A stretch of DNA of 63,827 bases, filler included, from Octopus bimaculoides (taxonomy: Eukaryota): the NCBI RefSeq assembly GCF_001194135.2. It is 6 parts of 6 records of this genome, joined end to end, with 100 filler letters (N's around TTAATTAATTAA, not from the genome) between each part and the next. Parts side by side here need not be neighbours in the genome. Positions count along the whole stretch, not along the records: positions 14,476 to 25,871 come from NC_068993.1; positions 25,972 to 40,360 come from NC_068997.1; 4 more parts are not named here. One strand, 5' to 3'. Of the stretch, positions 14,836 through 28,039 are shown piece by piece. The position numbers and the translations under genes were made by a program. A model generated the notes under the pieces. The model was not told the origin of the DNA, ran no database searches, and worked only from the letters and a program-made list of their open reading frames with translations. Numbering within the stretch: position 1 is the stretch's first letter; each line of letters begins with the position of its first letter.

Positions 14836-16389
14836 NNNNNNNNNNNNNNNNNNNNNNNNNNNNNNNNNNNNNNNNNNNNNTATATATATGCTCATACATA
14901 CAGACACATGTATTTATATATGCATATATATGTACATATTCATGTATATTAGTATGTATGTTATGTGTATACGTGTGTGTGTGTGTGTGTATATATGTTT
15001 GTATGTATGTATATATATATGCATATAATGCGAAGAGATTACAGTCTTGCTTTTAAACACGTAACATTAAAAAGAATTTCAGAATTGTACTCAATTCTAA
15101 TTTTCATTTTATTAAGTTTATTTCCCATTTTCTTATCAGACCTCTACCATTTGTCTGCTCCGTTACAGTATCTACGTACATTGACCTTTCTATGAATATA
15201 TATGTCTGTGCACGTGTATGTGTGTGAATATGTATGTATATATATATATATATATATCAAACATAAATTCAAAACAGAACACAAAGGATATATGGAAAAT
15301 GTATTATAATTAAACAAACGACAGGCAAAAAAAAAACGTATAACGTATACTGAGTGTACAACCGGACGGGAGACAGACACAGAAGGTACATAATTCTTCA
15401 TCAGTTATCAACCAGATGGCATTATTCAGTTTCGCACCATTAATGATAAGACTGAGAACTTCCCATGCTGGCCTGATGGGGAAGCGGGTAATTGGAAGAA
15501 AGAATGATAGAGATGGCCAATACTTCTTTTGATTATTATATTAAAAGGAAATATAATGAAAAACCAAAGGGATAAGAAATATAAACTTTAGGGGTGAAAT
15601 TTAGAATTGAAGTATAAGGGAGGTAATAAATATAACTTAGCAAATTTATAATATTAAAGTGAGAAAATTTAAATCAATATATAGAAGAGGGATAGAAATT
15701 AAAATCAAACCCAATAATGGGATACTTTAATGTATAAGAAAAACTATTAAGACTTTTCTTAAACAACGTCTATAGATCATGATTAAAACATTCTATAATC
15801 AATGTATAACGGAATTAAATAACTATATGAATAGAAATTCATCGTATATTTTAAACTAATATAAGAACTATTCTCTTCATTATGGGTGGATAGATATAAG
15901 ATATCGTAAAAAATGGTAATTGAATTAGAGGTATACTAAATGTATAAGGGAGTACATTCGGATACAATACTTAAACCAGTTTGGGCATGTAAACACTTAA
16001 TGAATATATTGTATGATTGAAAAATGTAATAAAATAAGAATTTACAGATCCAGTAAATTATATAAAAAGACCTTATAAATTGTCAAAAAAATTATTTGTG
16101 TTTATAATTTATAAATAATATTGCGGTTCGGCAAAAGAGACCGATAGAATAAGTATCGAACTTTTAAAAAACAACAACTGGAGTTGATTTGTTCGACTAA
16201 ACCCTTCAAGGCGATGCTCTAGAATGGTTAGCGTCCAGTTACTGAAACGAGTAAAATGATAAATGACTCATACAATTTATAGATACAAATATGCATATAC
16301 AAATATATACAATCAAACAATCATGTACACATATTTAAGTAGATATAAATGTACATGTAGGTAAATTAGTCTTACTTCTTTCTGCTTCT

Positions 16390-16560
16390 CATGGATCACT
16401 GGGCGGCGAGAGATCTCTATCCAGAACGGTTGCAAGCTCTGATGTGATCCTGCTCCAAGGCCATTTCTGCATCCACCATGTTCTCATCTACAGTCCTAAA
16501 CCAGGGCTTCATATATCTACCTTGCCTTTTACAACCTCTCTCTGGTTTTCTGCTTGCTAG
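16390..16560 (-). mobile_element. Probable RTE-like LINE 3' terminus
   Basis: KPERGCKRQGRYMKPWFRTVDENMVDAEM...ACNRSG* resembles G.R..GRP...W...V..D.....A.DR..WR. Confidence 0.45.
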
Positions 16561-17288
16561 ATGCTCTCACTACTTGCGTATATACAAATCAATAAAAGAA
16601 AGTATTTTGATTTTTCATGCATGTTTTTAAAACACGAATATGCTGAAAATATTTCATAGTATTGGTTTTTGATCAAGACAGCCATTTTTGTCTGGCGTTT
16701 CATCCGCCATTCTCTTAAATCAACATACGATTCTACTTAAAACTGTGACAGTATTTATCATATGTTACAGTATCATCTGATCCACATATGAATTATTGGA
16801 TGATTAGAATGCCAGGTTGCATTTTTGTTTAAACAATTTCTTGGCTTAAAATGGCAGCAAAAGGGAAAATTTATGATTTCATGTTTAATGCGTCCATTTT
16901 TCCGCTTTTACAGCCCTCTCTCATTCATAATCTCAAACTTTATTTCTTCGAATTAACTTTAGCATTTTAGACCTCTCTTATAAATGACACTAATTGTCAT
17001 AAAAAATTGAAAAATTAAGATATCTTAAAAATAAAGATTAACGAAATAGATGGAAAGGGGGTAGAGAGAGAAGTATAAAGAATACAGAAATGCATGTTTT
17101 TACATGAGCGAAGGCATGGTTGTGTGGTTAGAACGTTTACTTTCGCAATCATGAGTTACGTGGTTCGATCCATACTGTGCATGAAAGTGTCACGCCTTGG
17201 GTATGTGTCCGCTTTGTATAGACCAATACCTTCTGAATTAGATAAAGAGGAAATGTGAGAAAACCATATATATATATATATGTACACT

Positions 17289-18000
17289 CAAGGCGGTACC
17301 TAAAAGTAACCTGAAACGTTCTCTGTAGGATAAGCCCGTTGTAGTTCAGGCTTCCGCCGCTAGAAGCCGCTTGATGCGACCCTCAGGCATCCGTATGCTG
17401 ACCGGCGTCTTCGGGTGGGGGCCATACTGCCACGTGGTGTATCTTTGTTTTGCAGTGCTTCTCCCCTATTCGTCGATTTTTGCAATGGCTGAAACGAAGG
17501 AACAGCGTGCTTCCGAGAAATTCTATTTTCTGCTCGGGAAAACGGCTACTCAAACGGTTGTCGTGCTTCAAGTAGCTTACAAAGACGCTGCCATGAGCAA
17601 AACACAAGTTTATGAGTGATTTTCACGCTTTAAGAATGGTCATTTGTCGCTTGAAGACCAACCTCGTTCCCTGAAGAATGAAAACATCATGAAAATTCAT
17701 GAACGAACAATTGACGAACTCATTGATAAGACTGGTGTGTCCTGGAGCTCCTACCGACGAATTTTGAGTTAAGAATTGTGAATCAAAAGAGTTGCAGCAA
17801 ACTTTGTGTCTCGCTTACTTATGGAAGATCAAAAGAGTCACGACTGAATGCGTGTCGTGACCTGAAAGAATAGTTAGAAATTGAGCCTCACCTTTTTCGA
17901 AGGTCATCACTGGTGACGAAAGCTGGTTTTACGGAATTTGCAGATGTAGAAGTGGTGAAGAAAAATACGATGGAAGCGTTAAAGGACAACACTTTGCAAG
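17289..18000 (+). mobile_element. Degenerate mariner (Tc1/mariner) transposon with internally deleted transposase
   Basis: From ATG 17485: MAETKEQRASEKFYFLLGKTATQTVVVLQVAYKDAAMSKTQVYE*FSRFKNGHLSLEDQPRS...KRVAANFVSRLL...KVITGDESWFYG. It has the N-terminal HTH and the first catalytic Asp motif (TGDE), with stops and frameshifts. Confidence 0.9.
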
Positions 18001-18047
18001 ACTAGCCCTATCCCCCAAATTTCAGGCCTTGTACCTATAGGGAAAGG

Positions 18048-18099
<52 letters not shown>

Positions 18100-19116
18100 G
18101 AATTGAAGATTAAACTACTTTCTTTATGTTTAAAAGGGTTTTTTTTTATTTAAAAGGATAAAAGGACATTTTTATACCCATTGTTTGATTGTTGTCTGCT
18201 CTTTCAATTACATCACGTGATAGCTCCCACTTTGATCAATTTTAAAACTGTTACTGTAATTCTCTTTAATTTTATTCTCTGACGCCCTCTCATTATGTTG
18301 TTTGTTGTTGCACTTTAGCGCTGTCTTATCAGAAAATCATATAAGAGATTCAGTTTGGAAAACAAATTAGAACACTTGTGTGTGTGCGGGGTGGCGGTGA
18401 TGGTGCGTGCATGTGTATGTGTGTGTGATAGAAATGGAGAGAGAGATTGATGGAGAAAGTATGTGTATGTTTGCGCGATCCAGCATCATTTAAAATCAAC
18501 TCATAGAGTGTTTTGCTTTCAATTCTTTATCGTTTATTTTTTCCCTTGGAACCGAAACAATAAAATTAAAGGAATATATTTTTCTCGCAAAATTTCCGAT
18601 AAAAAATTGCAGTTTCATTTGCATAAAAAACAAAAACAACAAAAATCAAACAAAAAAAACCTATTACTCCAGTTAATACAAGACCCTCACTACAACTCAA
18701 TATAGCTGTATTTCTTTCAATTATCCTCACTTACATTTAATGCTGTCGACCGCCTCTTACTCCATTTCCATTTGCAATTTTAGTCTCCATTTATCCGCGT
18801 AACTCCACATTAGAAATTCTCTCTCTTTCTTTTTACCTCTCTCCCTCACACACACATACACACATACATGTATCAGACTCGCATGCATTTCGTAAAATAC
18901 ATCATGATTCAGTTGAACGCGAGTGATTTTTACGTGCAGGCTAAATAAAAGAATAAGATGGATTTAACTATTTAGAGCTGTAAAATACCTTCACGATAAA
19001 AGTGTAACGGAATTGATAAATCCGGGACATAGCGCATGTGCATAAACTATGATATGCTGCTTATGAGGTTGTTATTTAAAAGAATTTTTTTTAAAGAAAA
19101 ACAGCAGAACATTTTA

Positions 19117-19146
19117 CCCTAACCCTAACCCTAACCCTAACCCTAA
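19117..19146. repeat. Interstitial telomere-type repeat (CCCTAA)5
   Basis: Five perfect CCCTAA units. Confidence 0.9.
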
Positions 19147-19203
19147 CGCAAAACTAATAGTAGAATTAAATTTATTATTCACATCTTAGCTTCAACCTTG
19201 AAT

Positions 19204-19232
19204 AATGTATGTATGTATGTATGTATGTATGG

Positions 19233-19265
<33 letters not shown>

Positions 19266-19308
19266 TGTATGTATGTATGGATATATGTATGTATGTATGT
19301 ATGTATGG

Positions 19309-19341
<33 letters not shown>

Positions 19342-19360
19342 TGTATGTATGTATGTATGG

Positions 19361-19393
<33 letters not shown>

Positions 19394-19432
19394 TGTATGT
19401 ATGGATATATGTATGTATGTATGTATGTATGG

Positions 19433-19465
<33 letters not shown>

Positions 19466-19521
19466 TGGATATATGTATGTATGTATGTATGTATGNNNNN
19501 NNNNNATGTATGTATGTATGG

Positions 19522-19552
<31 letters not shown>

Positions 19553-19577
19553 GATATATGTATGTATGTATGTATGG

Positions 19578-19610
<33 letters not shown>

Positions 19611-19660
19611 TGTATGTATGTATGGATATATGTATGTATGTATGTATGTACGTACATACG
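19204..19660. repeat. Compound (ATGT)n microsatellite punctuated by GGATAT variant units
   Basis: Directly visible; contains a short internal gap at 19496-19505. Confidence 0.95.
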
Positions 19661-19842
19661 TATGCATATGTATATATACATATATGTAAATATATGTGCG
19701 CGCGCGCATATATATGTGTGTGTGTGTGTATGTGTGTGTGGTTAAGAGTTGTTTTGACCCCTATTTCTAGCAATGCTGGAGCTGATTTGCCCCTTAGTCA
19801 CATTAGTAACGTTTCTACTTGTGCCTTTTGTACTTGTGTATA

Positions 19843-20005
19843 CGCAGGAGTGGCCGTGTGGTAAGTAACTTGCTAACCAGCCACATAGTTCTGGGTTCAG
19901 TCCCATTGCGTGGTACATTGGGCAAGTGTATTCTACTATAGCCTCGGCCCGACCAAAGCCTTGTGAATGGAGTTGGTTGACGGAAACTGAAAGAAGCTCG
20001 TTGTA
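19843..20005 (+). mobile_element. SINE family B (GCAGGAGTGGCYGTGTGGTAAG...GGGTTCAGTCCCA...TTGGGCAAGTG...)
   Basis: tRNA-like head. Related copies at about 33652-33810(+), 35422-35590(-), 27860-28040(-), 61920-62075(-), 4075-4230(+), 6400-6580(-) and 13380-13520(+). Confidence 0.8.
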
Positions 20006-20075
20006 TATATAGTAATGCTTTATTATTAACTTTTGAATTATGAAATAATGTATTTCACTCATAATCATTATATTA

Positions 20076-20550
20076 CTAGCTGGGCCCAGTGCCGTCAAAA
20101 ATGACGGCTAATTGTAGTATTTTATATATTAGGTACAAAACCAAGATTTTGGTTTAATAATTCTTTTATTACTAAATTTTTAATGAAAAATCTATCCGCA
20201 ACTAACATCCTTTGACTGCTTGTTTCCTTCAAAAGAATTTTCAAGTTTTTCTTCCTTCTTGTCCGATTTAAGGCCACATAAAGCCGGCCGTGACTAAATG
20301 CGGGAGCTGGAAAGTAAATACCAGAGTTGAAATGCTGTTCGATTTTTCACACACACACACACATCTCCCTTTTACATACACATATCTCCCTTTTACATCG
20401 GTTGCCAAGCGATGGTGGGGGATCAAACACAGACCCACCAACATATATATATATATATATGTTCAATATTTCAGCGTAGGTATTTTATTTTTCGCTGATC
20501 TTTATCGTTATGGTAACATCCGCTGGGCAGCTGATTTCCAGGAACTGTAC
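20076..20550 (-). mobile_element. Non-autonomous Helitron-like element (3' end defined, 5' end uncertain)
   Basis: Hairpin GCCGTCA-AAAA-TGACGGC (20091-20108) lies 11 nt from a terminal CTAG (20076-79) followed by T on the - strand, which is the canonical Helitron 3' end. Confidence 0.65.
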
Positions 20551-20699
20551 ACAATTTATATGTATGTATGTATGTATGTGTGTGTGTGTGCACGTGCGTG
20601 TGTATGTATGTATGTATGTATGCATACATGCATTCATGTATGTATTTATGTATGTTCTCGTTCTCTTTTAATACATGTATATGAATAGACGCAGGTGGA

Positions 20700-20915
20700 T
20701 AGGGGTTTAAAAGTTCCTAGCTTTAGGTAAAAGAAAATGCAGGAAGATCAGTTAATTATGATTTTATTCAACATCTTCCCCTCTCAGATTCACACACTTA
20801 TTGCAGCGGTCCTTCAGGTTTTGTATGCTCAATAAGAGAACTTGGAAGGTTGTGACTCCAGCTAGGCCTTTCGCGATACCCTTAAAGCCAGAAAATTTTC
20901 AACACCCCCTCTTAT
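20700..20915. mobile_element. Non-autonomous mariner-type MITE
   Basis: Imperfect terminal inverted repeats GGGGTTTAAAAGTTCCTAGCTTTA / TAAAGCCAGAAAATTTTCAACACCCCCT. The interior resembles mariner 3' sequence (...ATAAGTGTGTGAATCTGAGAGGGGAAGATGTTGAATAA on the - strand). Confidence 0.65.
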
Positions 20916-21396
20916 GTACACATTATGTATGTATGTATGTATGTGTATGTATGTATGTATAAGCATACATCGCTACTGAAGTCCTACGCACGACTGATAC
21001 GGAAGCCCCTTGTGGCAATGTAAAAAATATTCTAAAAATTAAAATGCAATTTACGTAAAACAAAATTCTGTATTCCATTTCACTGTATTTTCTCAGTTTT
21101 GCTTTGATTTTCTTTCTTTTGCTTTAACATTCACATTTATATTCTTCAACATTTCAGTTTTACTCCCTTGTCTCCAGTAAATTTCTCTAAATCTTGTTAA
21201 GATATAACACATATTGCCATATCGTAATTTGTTTTATCTCTCAATTAGCTGACAACACACAATATCAAATTTCTGTGTTAATTTGCTTTCATACATGTTA
21301 TTTTTTAAAACTTGTGTTTTTTTTTTTTTTTACCTTCTACTCCATTTGTTCTTTCTCAACCACCACCATCACCACCTCACACTCCTTCCTCTTCTA

Positions 21397-21435
<39 letters not shown>

Positions 21436-21611
21436 TGTTTATTTTTCGTATTCTCCCGCTACTCTCTATATATACCATCATATCTCTCACTTCCTCTTTT
21501 ACTTTGCAGTTTTTCTTATCTCATTCTTAATCTTTATTTCACAATAACTCGATCACCCACGTTCTTCCTTCCTTCCTTCTTTCTTTCTTTCTTTCTTTCT
21601 TTGTATGTATG

Positions 21612-21645
<34 letters not shown>

Positions 21646-22209
21646 TGTATCTATCTACCTTTCTTTCTATCTATCTATCTATCTATCTATCCTCCTTTTC
21701 TCTTTCTCTCTATCCGCCCATATCTCCTATTCTCTCTTTGTTACTGTTCCTCTCTCTCGCTTTCCTTTCCTCTTTTTTCACTCCCTATTCGTCTACGTTT
21801 CCCTCTTTCTGTCTGTCTGTCTGTCTGTCTTTCTGTCTGTCTGTCTCTCTCTCTCTCTTCGCTTATATCTCTCAATCACTCTTCGTTTTCATACCACCGC
21901 TTATCTCTCACTCTTTCTTTAATTAACTATTTAAACAAACTTAGTTCTTTCTCTTTTCTTCTTATAATCTTTCACTCACACTTTCTTTGTTTCATTTCCT
22001 CTTTTCTCTTTTTGTTTTTTTTTTTTAAACAGATACAGTTAGAAAGAAAAAGAAAAATCCCTTTTAATCTTTAATTCACAATTTCCATTTATTCACTTAT
22101 TCCCATGGGACTTTAATCCTTTCTCAAATTGAATACTCTTCCTTTCTTCCTCCAATTTCGCCTTCCTGTCTCTCTCTTTGTCAACTATCTTTTTCTGTAT
22201 TCTTTACCC

Positions 22210-22317
22210 TTTTTACTCTTTTACTTATTTCAATCATTTGACTGTGGCCATGCTGGAGCACCGCCTTTAGTCGAGCAAATCGACCCCAGGACTTATTCTT
22301 TGTAAGCCTAGTACTTA
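22210..22317 (+). mobile_element. Interspersed repeat family C (TTTACTT.TTTCA.TCATTTGACTG.GGCCATGCTGGAGCACCGCC...)
   Basis: Related copies at about 790-970(-), 6175-6400(+), 16120-16260(-), 30890-31040(-), 56280-56420(-) and 63640-63827(+). Confidence 0.75.
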
Positions 22318-23322
22318 NNNNNNNNNNNNNNNNNNNNNNNNNNNNNNNNNNNNNNNNNNNNNNNNNNNNNNNNNNNNNNNNNNNNNNNNNNNNNNNNNNN
22401 NNNNNNNNNNNNNNNNNNNNNNNNNNNNNNNNNNNNNNNNNNNNNNNNNNNNNNNNNNNNNNNNNNNNNNNNNNNNNNNNNNNNNNNNNNNNNNNNNNNN
22501 NNNNNNNNNNNNNNNNNNNNNNNNNNNNNNNNNNNNNNNNNNNNNNNNNNNNNNNNNNNNNNNNNNNNNNNNNNNNNNNNNNNNNNNNNNNNNNNNNNNN
22601 NNNNNNNNNNNNNNNNNNNNNNNNNNNNNNNNNNNNNNNNNNNNNNNNNNNNNNNNNNNNNNNNNNNNNNNNNNNNNNNNNNNNNNNNNNNNNNNNNNNN
22701 NNNNNNNNNNNNNNNNNNNNNNNNNNNNNNNNNNNNNNNNNNNNNNNNNNNNNNNNNNNNNNNNNNNNNNNNNNNNNNNNNNNNNNNNNNNNNNNNNNNN
22801 NNNNNNNNNNNNNNNNNNNNNNNNNNNNNNNNNNNNNNNNNNNNNNNNNNNNNNNNNNNNNNNNNNNNNNNNNNNNNNNNNNNNNNNNNNNNNNNNNNNN
22901 NNNNNNNNNNNNNNNNNNNNNNNNNNNNNNNNNNNNNNNNNNNNNNNNNNNNNNNNNNNNNNNNNNNNNNNNNNNNNNNNNNNNNNNNNNNNNNNNNNNN
23001 NNNNNNNNNNNNNNNNNNNNNNNNNNNNNNNNNNNNNNNNNNNNNNNNNNNNNNNNNNNNNNNNNNNNNNNNNNNNNNNNNNNNNNNNNNNNNNNNNNNN
23101 NNNNNNNNNNNNNNNNNNNNNNNNNNNNNNNNNNNNNNNNNNNNNNNNNNNNNNNNNNNNNNTGAGAGTGAGAGAGAGATTGATAGAAAGTGAGGAAGAA
23201 AAAGATAGAGTGAGGGAGAAAGAGAAAGAACGAGAGAATGAGAGAGACAATGAGAAAATGAGATAGATAGATAGATAGATAGAGAGGGAGAGAGAGAGAG
23301 AGAGAGAGCCATAGAGAGATAG

Positions 23323-23360
<38 letters not shown>

Positions 23361-23619
23361 CGGGAGAGAGAGAGAGAGCGAGAGAGAGAGGGAGAGAGAG
23401 AGAAAGAAAAAGATAGAGTAAGGGAGAGAGAGAAAGAACGAGATAATGAGATAGATAGATAGAAAGAGAAGGAGAGAGAAAAGAAAGAGAAGAAAGAGAG
23501 AGTGTGTGATAGTGGGAAAGAAAAAGACAGAGAGAGAGAGTGTGTGTGTGATAAAGAATGAGAAAGAAAAAGAGAGAGGGAGAAAGAGAAAGAACGAGAG
23601 AATGAGATAGATAACTAGT

Positions 23620-23678
<59 letters not shown>

Positions 23679-23723
23679 AAGTGAGACTCGAGTGGCGACG
23701 AAATGAAGTTCTTTAGTTTAGAA

Positions 23724-23954
23724 TAGTGGTTCTCAACTGGGATCTATATGGTCCTTGAGGGGTCCATATATGATCTTGCTAAAATTTATGTGCAATAAAT
23801 TGGTTATATTTAAACATTTTAAAAACAATTCCTAATAATAGTCATAAAAATATAATAGTTTTTAAACACGAATGACTATGAGAGTCCCACTCCTTGAGTA
23901 AAATAGGAATCAAAGGGGCTTATAGACAAAAAAAAAAATGGTTGAGAATCACTA
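23724..23954. mobile_element. hAT (Charlie/Buster-type) MITE
   Basis: TIRs TAGTGGTTCTCAAC / GTTGAGAATCACTA and an 8-bp TSD GTTTAGAA / GTTTAGAG (7 of 8). Confidence 0.85.
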
Positions 23955-24227
23955 GTTTAGAGAACAGAGGTTGTGGCAGTTGCAGATGTAGATAGTGAGA
24001 AAAGAAACTGTAATTCTATGAGCAAATGGTTGTAGTGGCGGATTATGGGCATGTAGGCATGTATGTCTACGCTCCACTACAACGTATTGAGCAATCTTTC
24101 AGTTTCATGTTAAGTTGTATTTTAATATAATAACTTGATATAAAACCATAGACCTTAGTACTTTTTGTGGCGGTACCGCAACCTGACTGCAGACTCTGGC
24201 TGAAATCGATAATAGAATAATAAAATG

Positions 24228-24273
<46 letters not shown>

Positions 24274-25404
24274 TATTAAAGCTTCAATAGTAACCAGAGC
24301 CACCGGTGGGTGTCTCTATACGCGGTCGTTCTTTCTATAAGAGTTAGAGACAAAATCTCTTGAAATGACAGCTTAACAGTCTTTAAAAAGCAAACGAAGG
24401 ACACATTACACAATGTGGTCGTAGATATACGAGACGACATGACGGCTGTTGAACAAAGGCCTGGTGGAGCATGACAAATGGGGCTAAAGAATAGCTCAAT
24501 ATGTTGGGCTAGCATGACTAATCTAAAGCTAAACAACTGAATATGTTGGGTAACAAAATATGTTATTGGTGTCGATATAATTATTTGCTCTAAAGCAGCA
24601 AGCTGGTAGTATCGTTAGCACAACGGGCAAAATGTTTAACATTTCGTCTGTCTTTATGTTCTGAGTTCAAATTACACCGAGGTCGATATTGTCTTTCATC
24701 CTTTCGGGGTCGATAAAATAAGAACAAGTTGAACTATGGAGTCGATGTGATGGACTTACCCCTCTCCTCAAATAGCTAACCTTCAGTCAAAATTTGAGAC
24801 CAGTATAAGTGATCGCTGTGAGGAGTGAACAACTTATTTTAGCTATTCATGGCATTGTAATTAAACGCGTTAAAATCTGGAACGCATCGTTGTACATTTC
24901 CACGGTTTTCGGAGTTTTTACTTATTTTTTATGTCACCAAACTTGGGAGCGGTACCATAACAACAAAGAAATTATAAAAGAAACAGTGTCGTTATTTAGG
25001 AGGAATCTCTCTCATTCCCAAACTATCATTATGAACGATTTTGTATAAGCGCTGTATAACAATCTTCACAATAAACGTCGGTAAAATAAATAGTTATTTT
25101 GATTTATGGTTTGAGAATTTACATAAAATATTGTGAACATTTTTTTGAGGGGTTTATGAAGATATTCAATGTAATTTTACTCATGAAAAAGATCTCATTT
25201 TCTCTGGAATTTTTATCGATATATCATCTGAAACAGTGATTTAAGAAAGCAGAAATAATTGTAAAGACGGAAAAGAAAGTTTGAATTAAAAAAAAAAAGA
25301 ATCGATGTTTGAGATAAACAACAAATTTCGCTCCTCTCACTTCGCAGTGATTGTACGTTTACTTCAACGGCATAAAATTATCATCATATAGACACAGACA
25401 TGAC

Positions 25405-25745
25405 TACACAGTTAAGAATACTACTACGGTTGGCACTCCGTCGGTTACGACGACGAGGGTTCCAGTTGATCCGATTAACGGAACAGCCTGCTCGTGAAAT
25501 TAACGTGCATGTGGCTGAGCACTCCACAGACACGTGTACCCTTAACGTAGTTCTCGGGGGAGATTCAGCGGGACATAGAGTGTGACAAGGCTGGCCCTTT
25601 GAAATACAGGCACAACAGAAACAGGAAGATAGAGTGAGAGAAAGTTGTGGCGAAAGACTATAACAAGGTTCGCCACCACCCCCTGCCGGGTGTCTGGGAA
25701 TCGAAACCGCGATCCTACGACCGCGAGTCCGCTGCCCTAACCACT
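25405..25745 (-). mobile_element. tRNA-derived SINE with well-preserved head
   Basis: Minus strand TGGCCTAGTGGTTAGGGCAGCGGACTCGCGG...GGTTTCGATTCCC (A and B boxes), followed by a non-tRNA body. Confidence 0.75.
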
Positions 25746-25971
25746 AGGCCATTGTACCAACGTGGTTTTGAGTTCAGTGCTACTATGGGGTACCTGGAGC
25801 TATTTTCTTCTACAATAGCCCCGGAACGACCAGTGCCTTGTGAGTGAATGTGGAAGACAGAGGCAGTGTGGNNNNNNNNNNNNNNNNNNNNNNNNNNNNN
25901 NNNNNNNNNNNNNNNTTAATTAATTAANNNNNNNNNNNNNNNNNNNNNNNNNNNNNNNNNNNNNNNNNNNN

Positions 25972-26330
25972 TCTAGTTTCTTAACTAAGTCTCCCTCTAC
26001 TCTATTTCGATCTATCGCTAGTTCTTTACTAAACCTAATAGATTCCGATTTGATTGCCATTTTCAGGGCAAACCACCAGCGGTTGTTAACGATGGCTCCT
26101 GTTAACGCCCTCTTAATTAATTCGCTAATCCGGTTCCTGTAAACCTGCCGCGCTAAGAGCGAAGCGTTCAGTTTCCAGTAACCGGGACCCTGCCTATGTG
26201 TCTTATCTAAGTCGAGCGTACACGTCACAAACTTGTGATCTGTGTAGCTGACTATTTTAAATTGTGGACATCCTACACTATCTCTATCCGCTGTCCTACA
26301 TAGAACTCTATCTAGATACGATCTCGACGA
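25972..26330 (-). mobile_element. Tx1/L1-like LINE ORF2 fragment (end of AP endonuclease + linker)
   Basis: RSYLDRVLCR...VSYTDHKFVTCTLDLDKTHRQGPGYWKLNASLL: LDR, [S/T]DH and GPGYWKLN motifs. Truncated by the gap at 25971. Confidence 0.8.
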
Positions 26331-26332
26331 TC

Positions 26333-26364
26333 ATAGATAGATTGATATATAGATAGATAGATTG

Positions 26365-26395
<31 letters not shown>

Positions 26396-26660
26396 GATAT
26401 ATAGATAGATTGATAGATAGATAGATTGATAGATAGATAGATAGATTGATATATAGATAGATAGATAGATAGATTGATATATAGATAGATAGATAGATAG
26501 ATTGATATATAGATAGATAGATAGATAGATTGATATATAGATAGATTGATATATAGATAGATTGATAGATAGATTGATATATTGATAGATAGATTGATAT
26601 ATAGATTGATATATAGATAGATAGATTGATATATAGATAGATAGATAGATTGATATAAAG
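26333..26660. repeat. Compound (GATA)n/(GATT)/(TA) microsatellite
   Basis: Directly visible. Confidence 0.95.
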
Positions 26661-27542
26661 ATCTTTTTATTATAGCCACACAGGGCTAAATACAGAAAAT
26701 GGACAAATTACAAAGTAGAGCTTTTCTTGGGGGGGGGGGATAATTTGGATCAAAAGGGATCGCGGGAAGAAAAAAAAAATATATAGATAGATAGATTGAT
26801 ATAAACATAGATAGATAGATAGATAGATAGAGATATATAAACAGCTTAGAATTACATTTGCTATTCTGTCTCCATTAAACAATGTAGAGTAAGAGGAGGC
26901 AGCAGAAGAGGAAGAAGGTATCATCTGAAGAAGCAATCTTAAGATTGGACAACAGTTGCAACAGAACTACAAATTGTCTGGATATTAGGGGAAAAAAAAT
27001 CAAAATCAATTCTTTTTATTAATCTTTCTCTTTTTTGTAGAGGGGATTTTATTTCTGTTTCATTATGGTTATCAAAGAATTTTTTTTGTATTTAGATTAA
27101 ATATTTTTGTCCTCATAGACTAGAACTAGTAAATTCTTGTCTTGATTACCTCTTCAATCCACTTCATTCTTGTTATTGTATCAGTATCATCATCATCATC
27201 ATCTTAGTTCTAATTAGCTTTTATCTGTTTGATGTTGCTAGGCCAATCATTCATTTTACTACTAAGTTAGTAAAATGGCTCATTCATTTTATGTCCATTT
27301 TTTTTTTTCCATGCTAACATGGGTAAGGTTAATATAATGTTGAAGTGTTGTTTTACAGCTGGATGCTCTTCCTGTCATTAACCCTTACCTGTCTTTCAGT
27401 TTCTCATACTTACATAGGCTCAAAGCGAGTGGACAATTTGTTGATAGAAGTGACATCAACAAGCACCACTTGTGGAAACAGTTGTAGAGTGCAAATGTAA
27501 AAGCACACATATACATACACACACACACACACACATGCGCGT

Positions 27543-27586
<44 letters not shown>

Positions 27587-27814
27587 NNNNNNNNNNNNNN
27601 NNNNNNNNNNNNNNNNNNNNNNNNNNNNNNNNNNNNNNNNNNNNNNNNNNNNNNNNNNNNNNNNNNNNNNNNNNNNNNNNNNNNNNNNNNNNNNNNNNNN
27701 NNNNNNNNNNNNNNNNNNNNNNNNNNNNNNNNNNNNNNNNNNNNNNNNNNNNNNNNNNNNNNNNNNNNNNNNNNNNNNNNNNNNNNNNNNNNNNNNNNNN
27801 NNNNNNNNNNNNNN

Positions 27815-27863
<49 letters not shown>

Positions 27864-28039
27864 ATGGGTATCTTTCAGTTTCCATTTCCCCCAAGAAAAT
27901 TTCCACAAGGCTTTTGGTTGGCTTTGGGCTCTACTAGAAGGCAGTTAGACACTTGTCCAAGGTACCACTCAGTGGGACTGAACCCCAAACTTTGTGGCTA
28001 AAATGCAACCTTCTTAACTATACAGCCATACCTGTGCCT

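Noticed and set aside
14565-14990. Exact ~110-bp duplication (about 14565-14673 and 14881-14990)
   Set aside because: Identical copies next to gaps in microsatellite-rich sequence; most likely an assembly or haplotype duplication.
25680-25745. tRNA-like sequences (here, 33850-33920 and 34680-34750)
   Set aside because: No closing acceptor stem or poly-T terminator, and they continue into repeat bodies: SINE heads, not tRNA genes.
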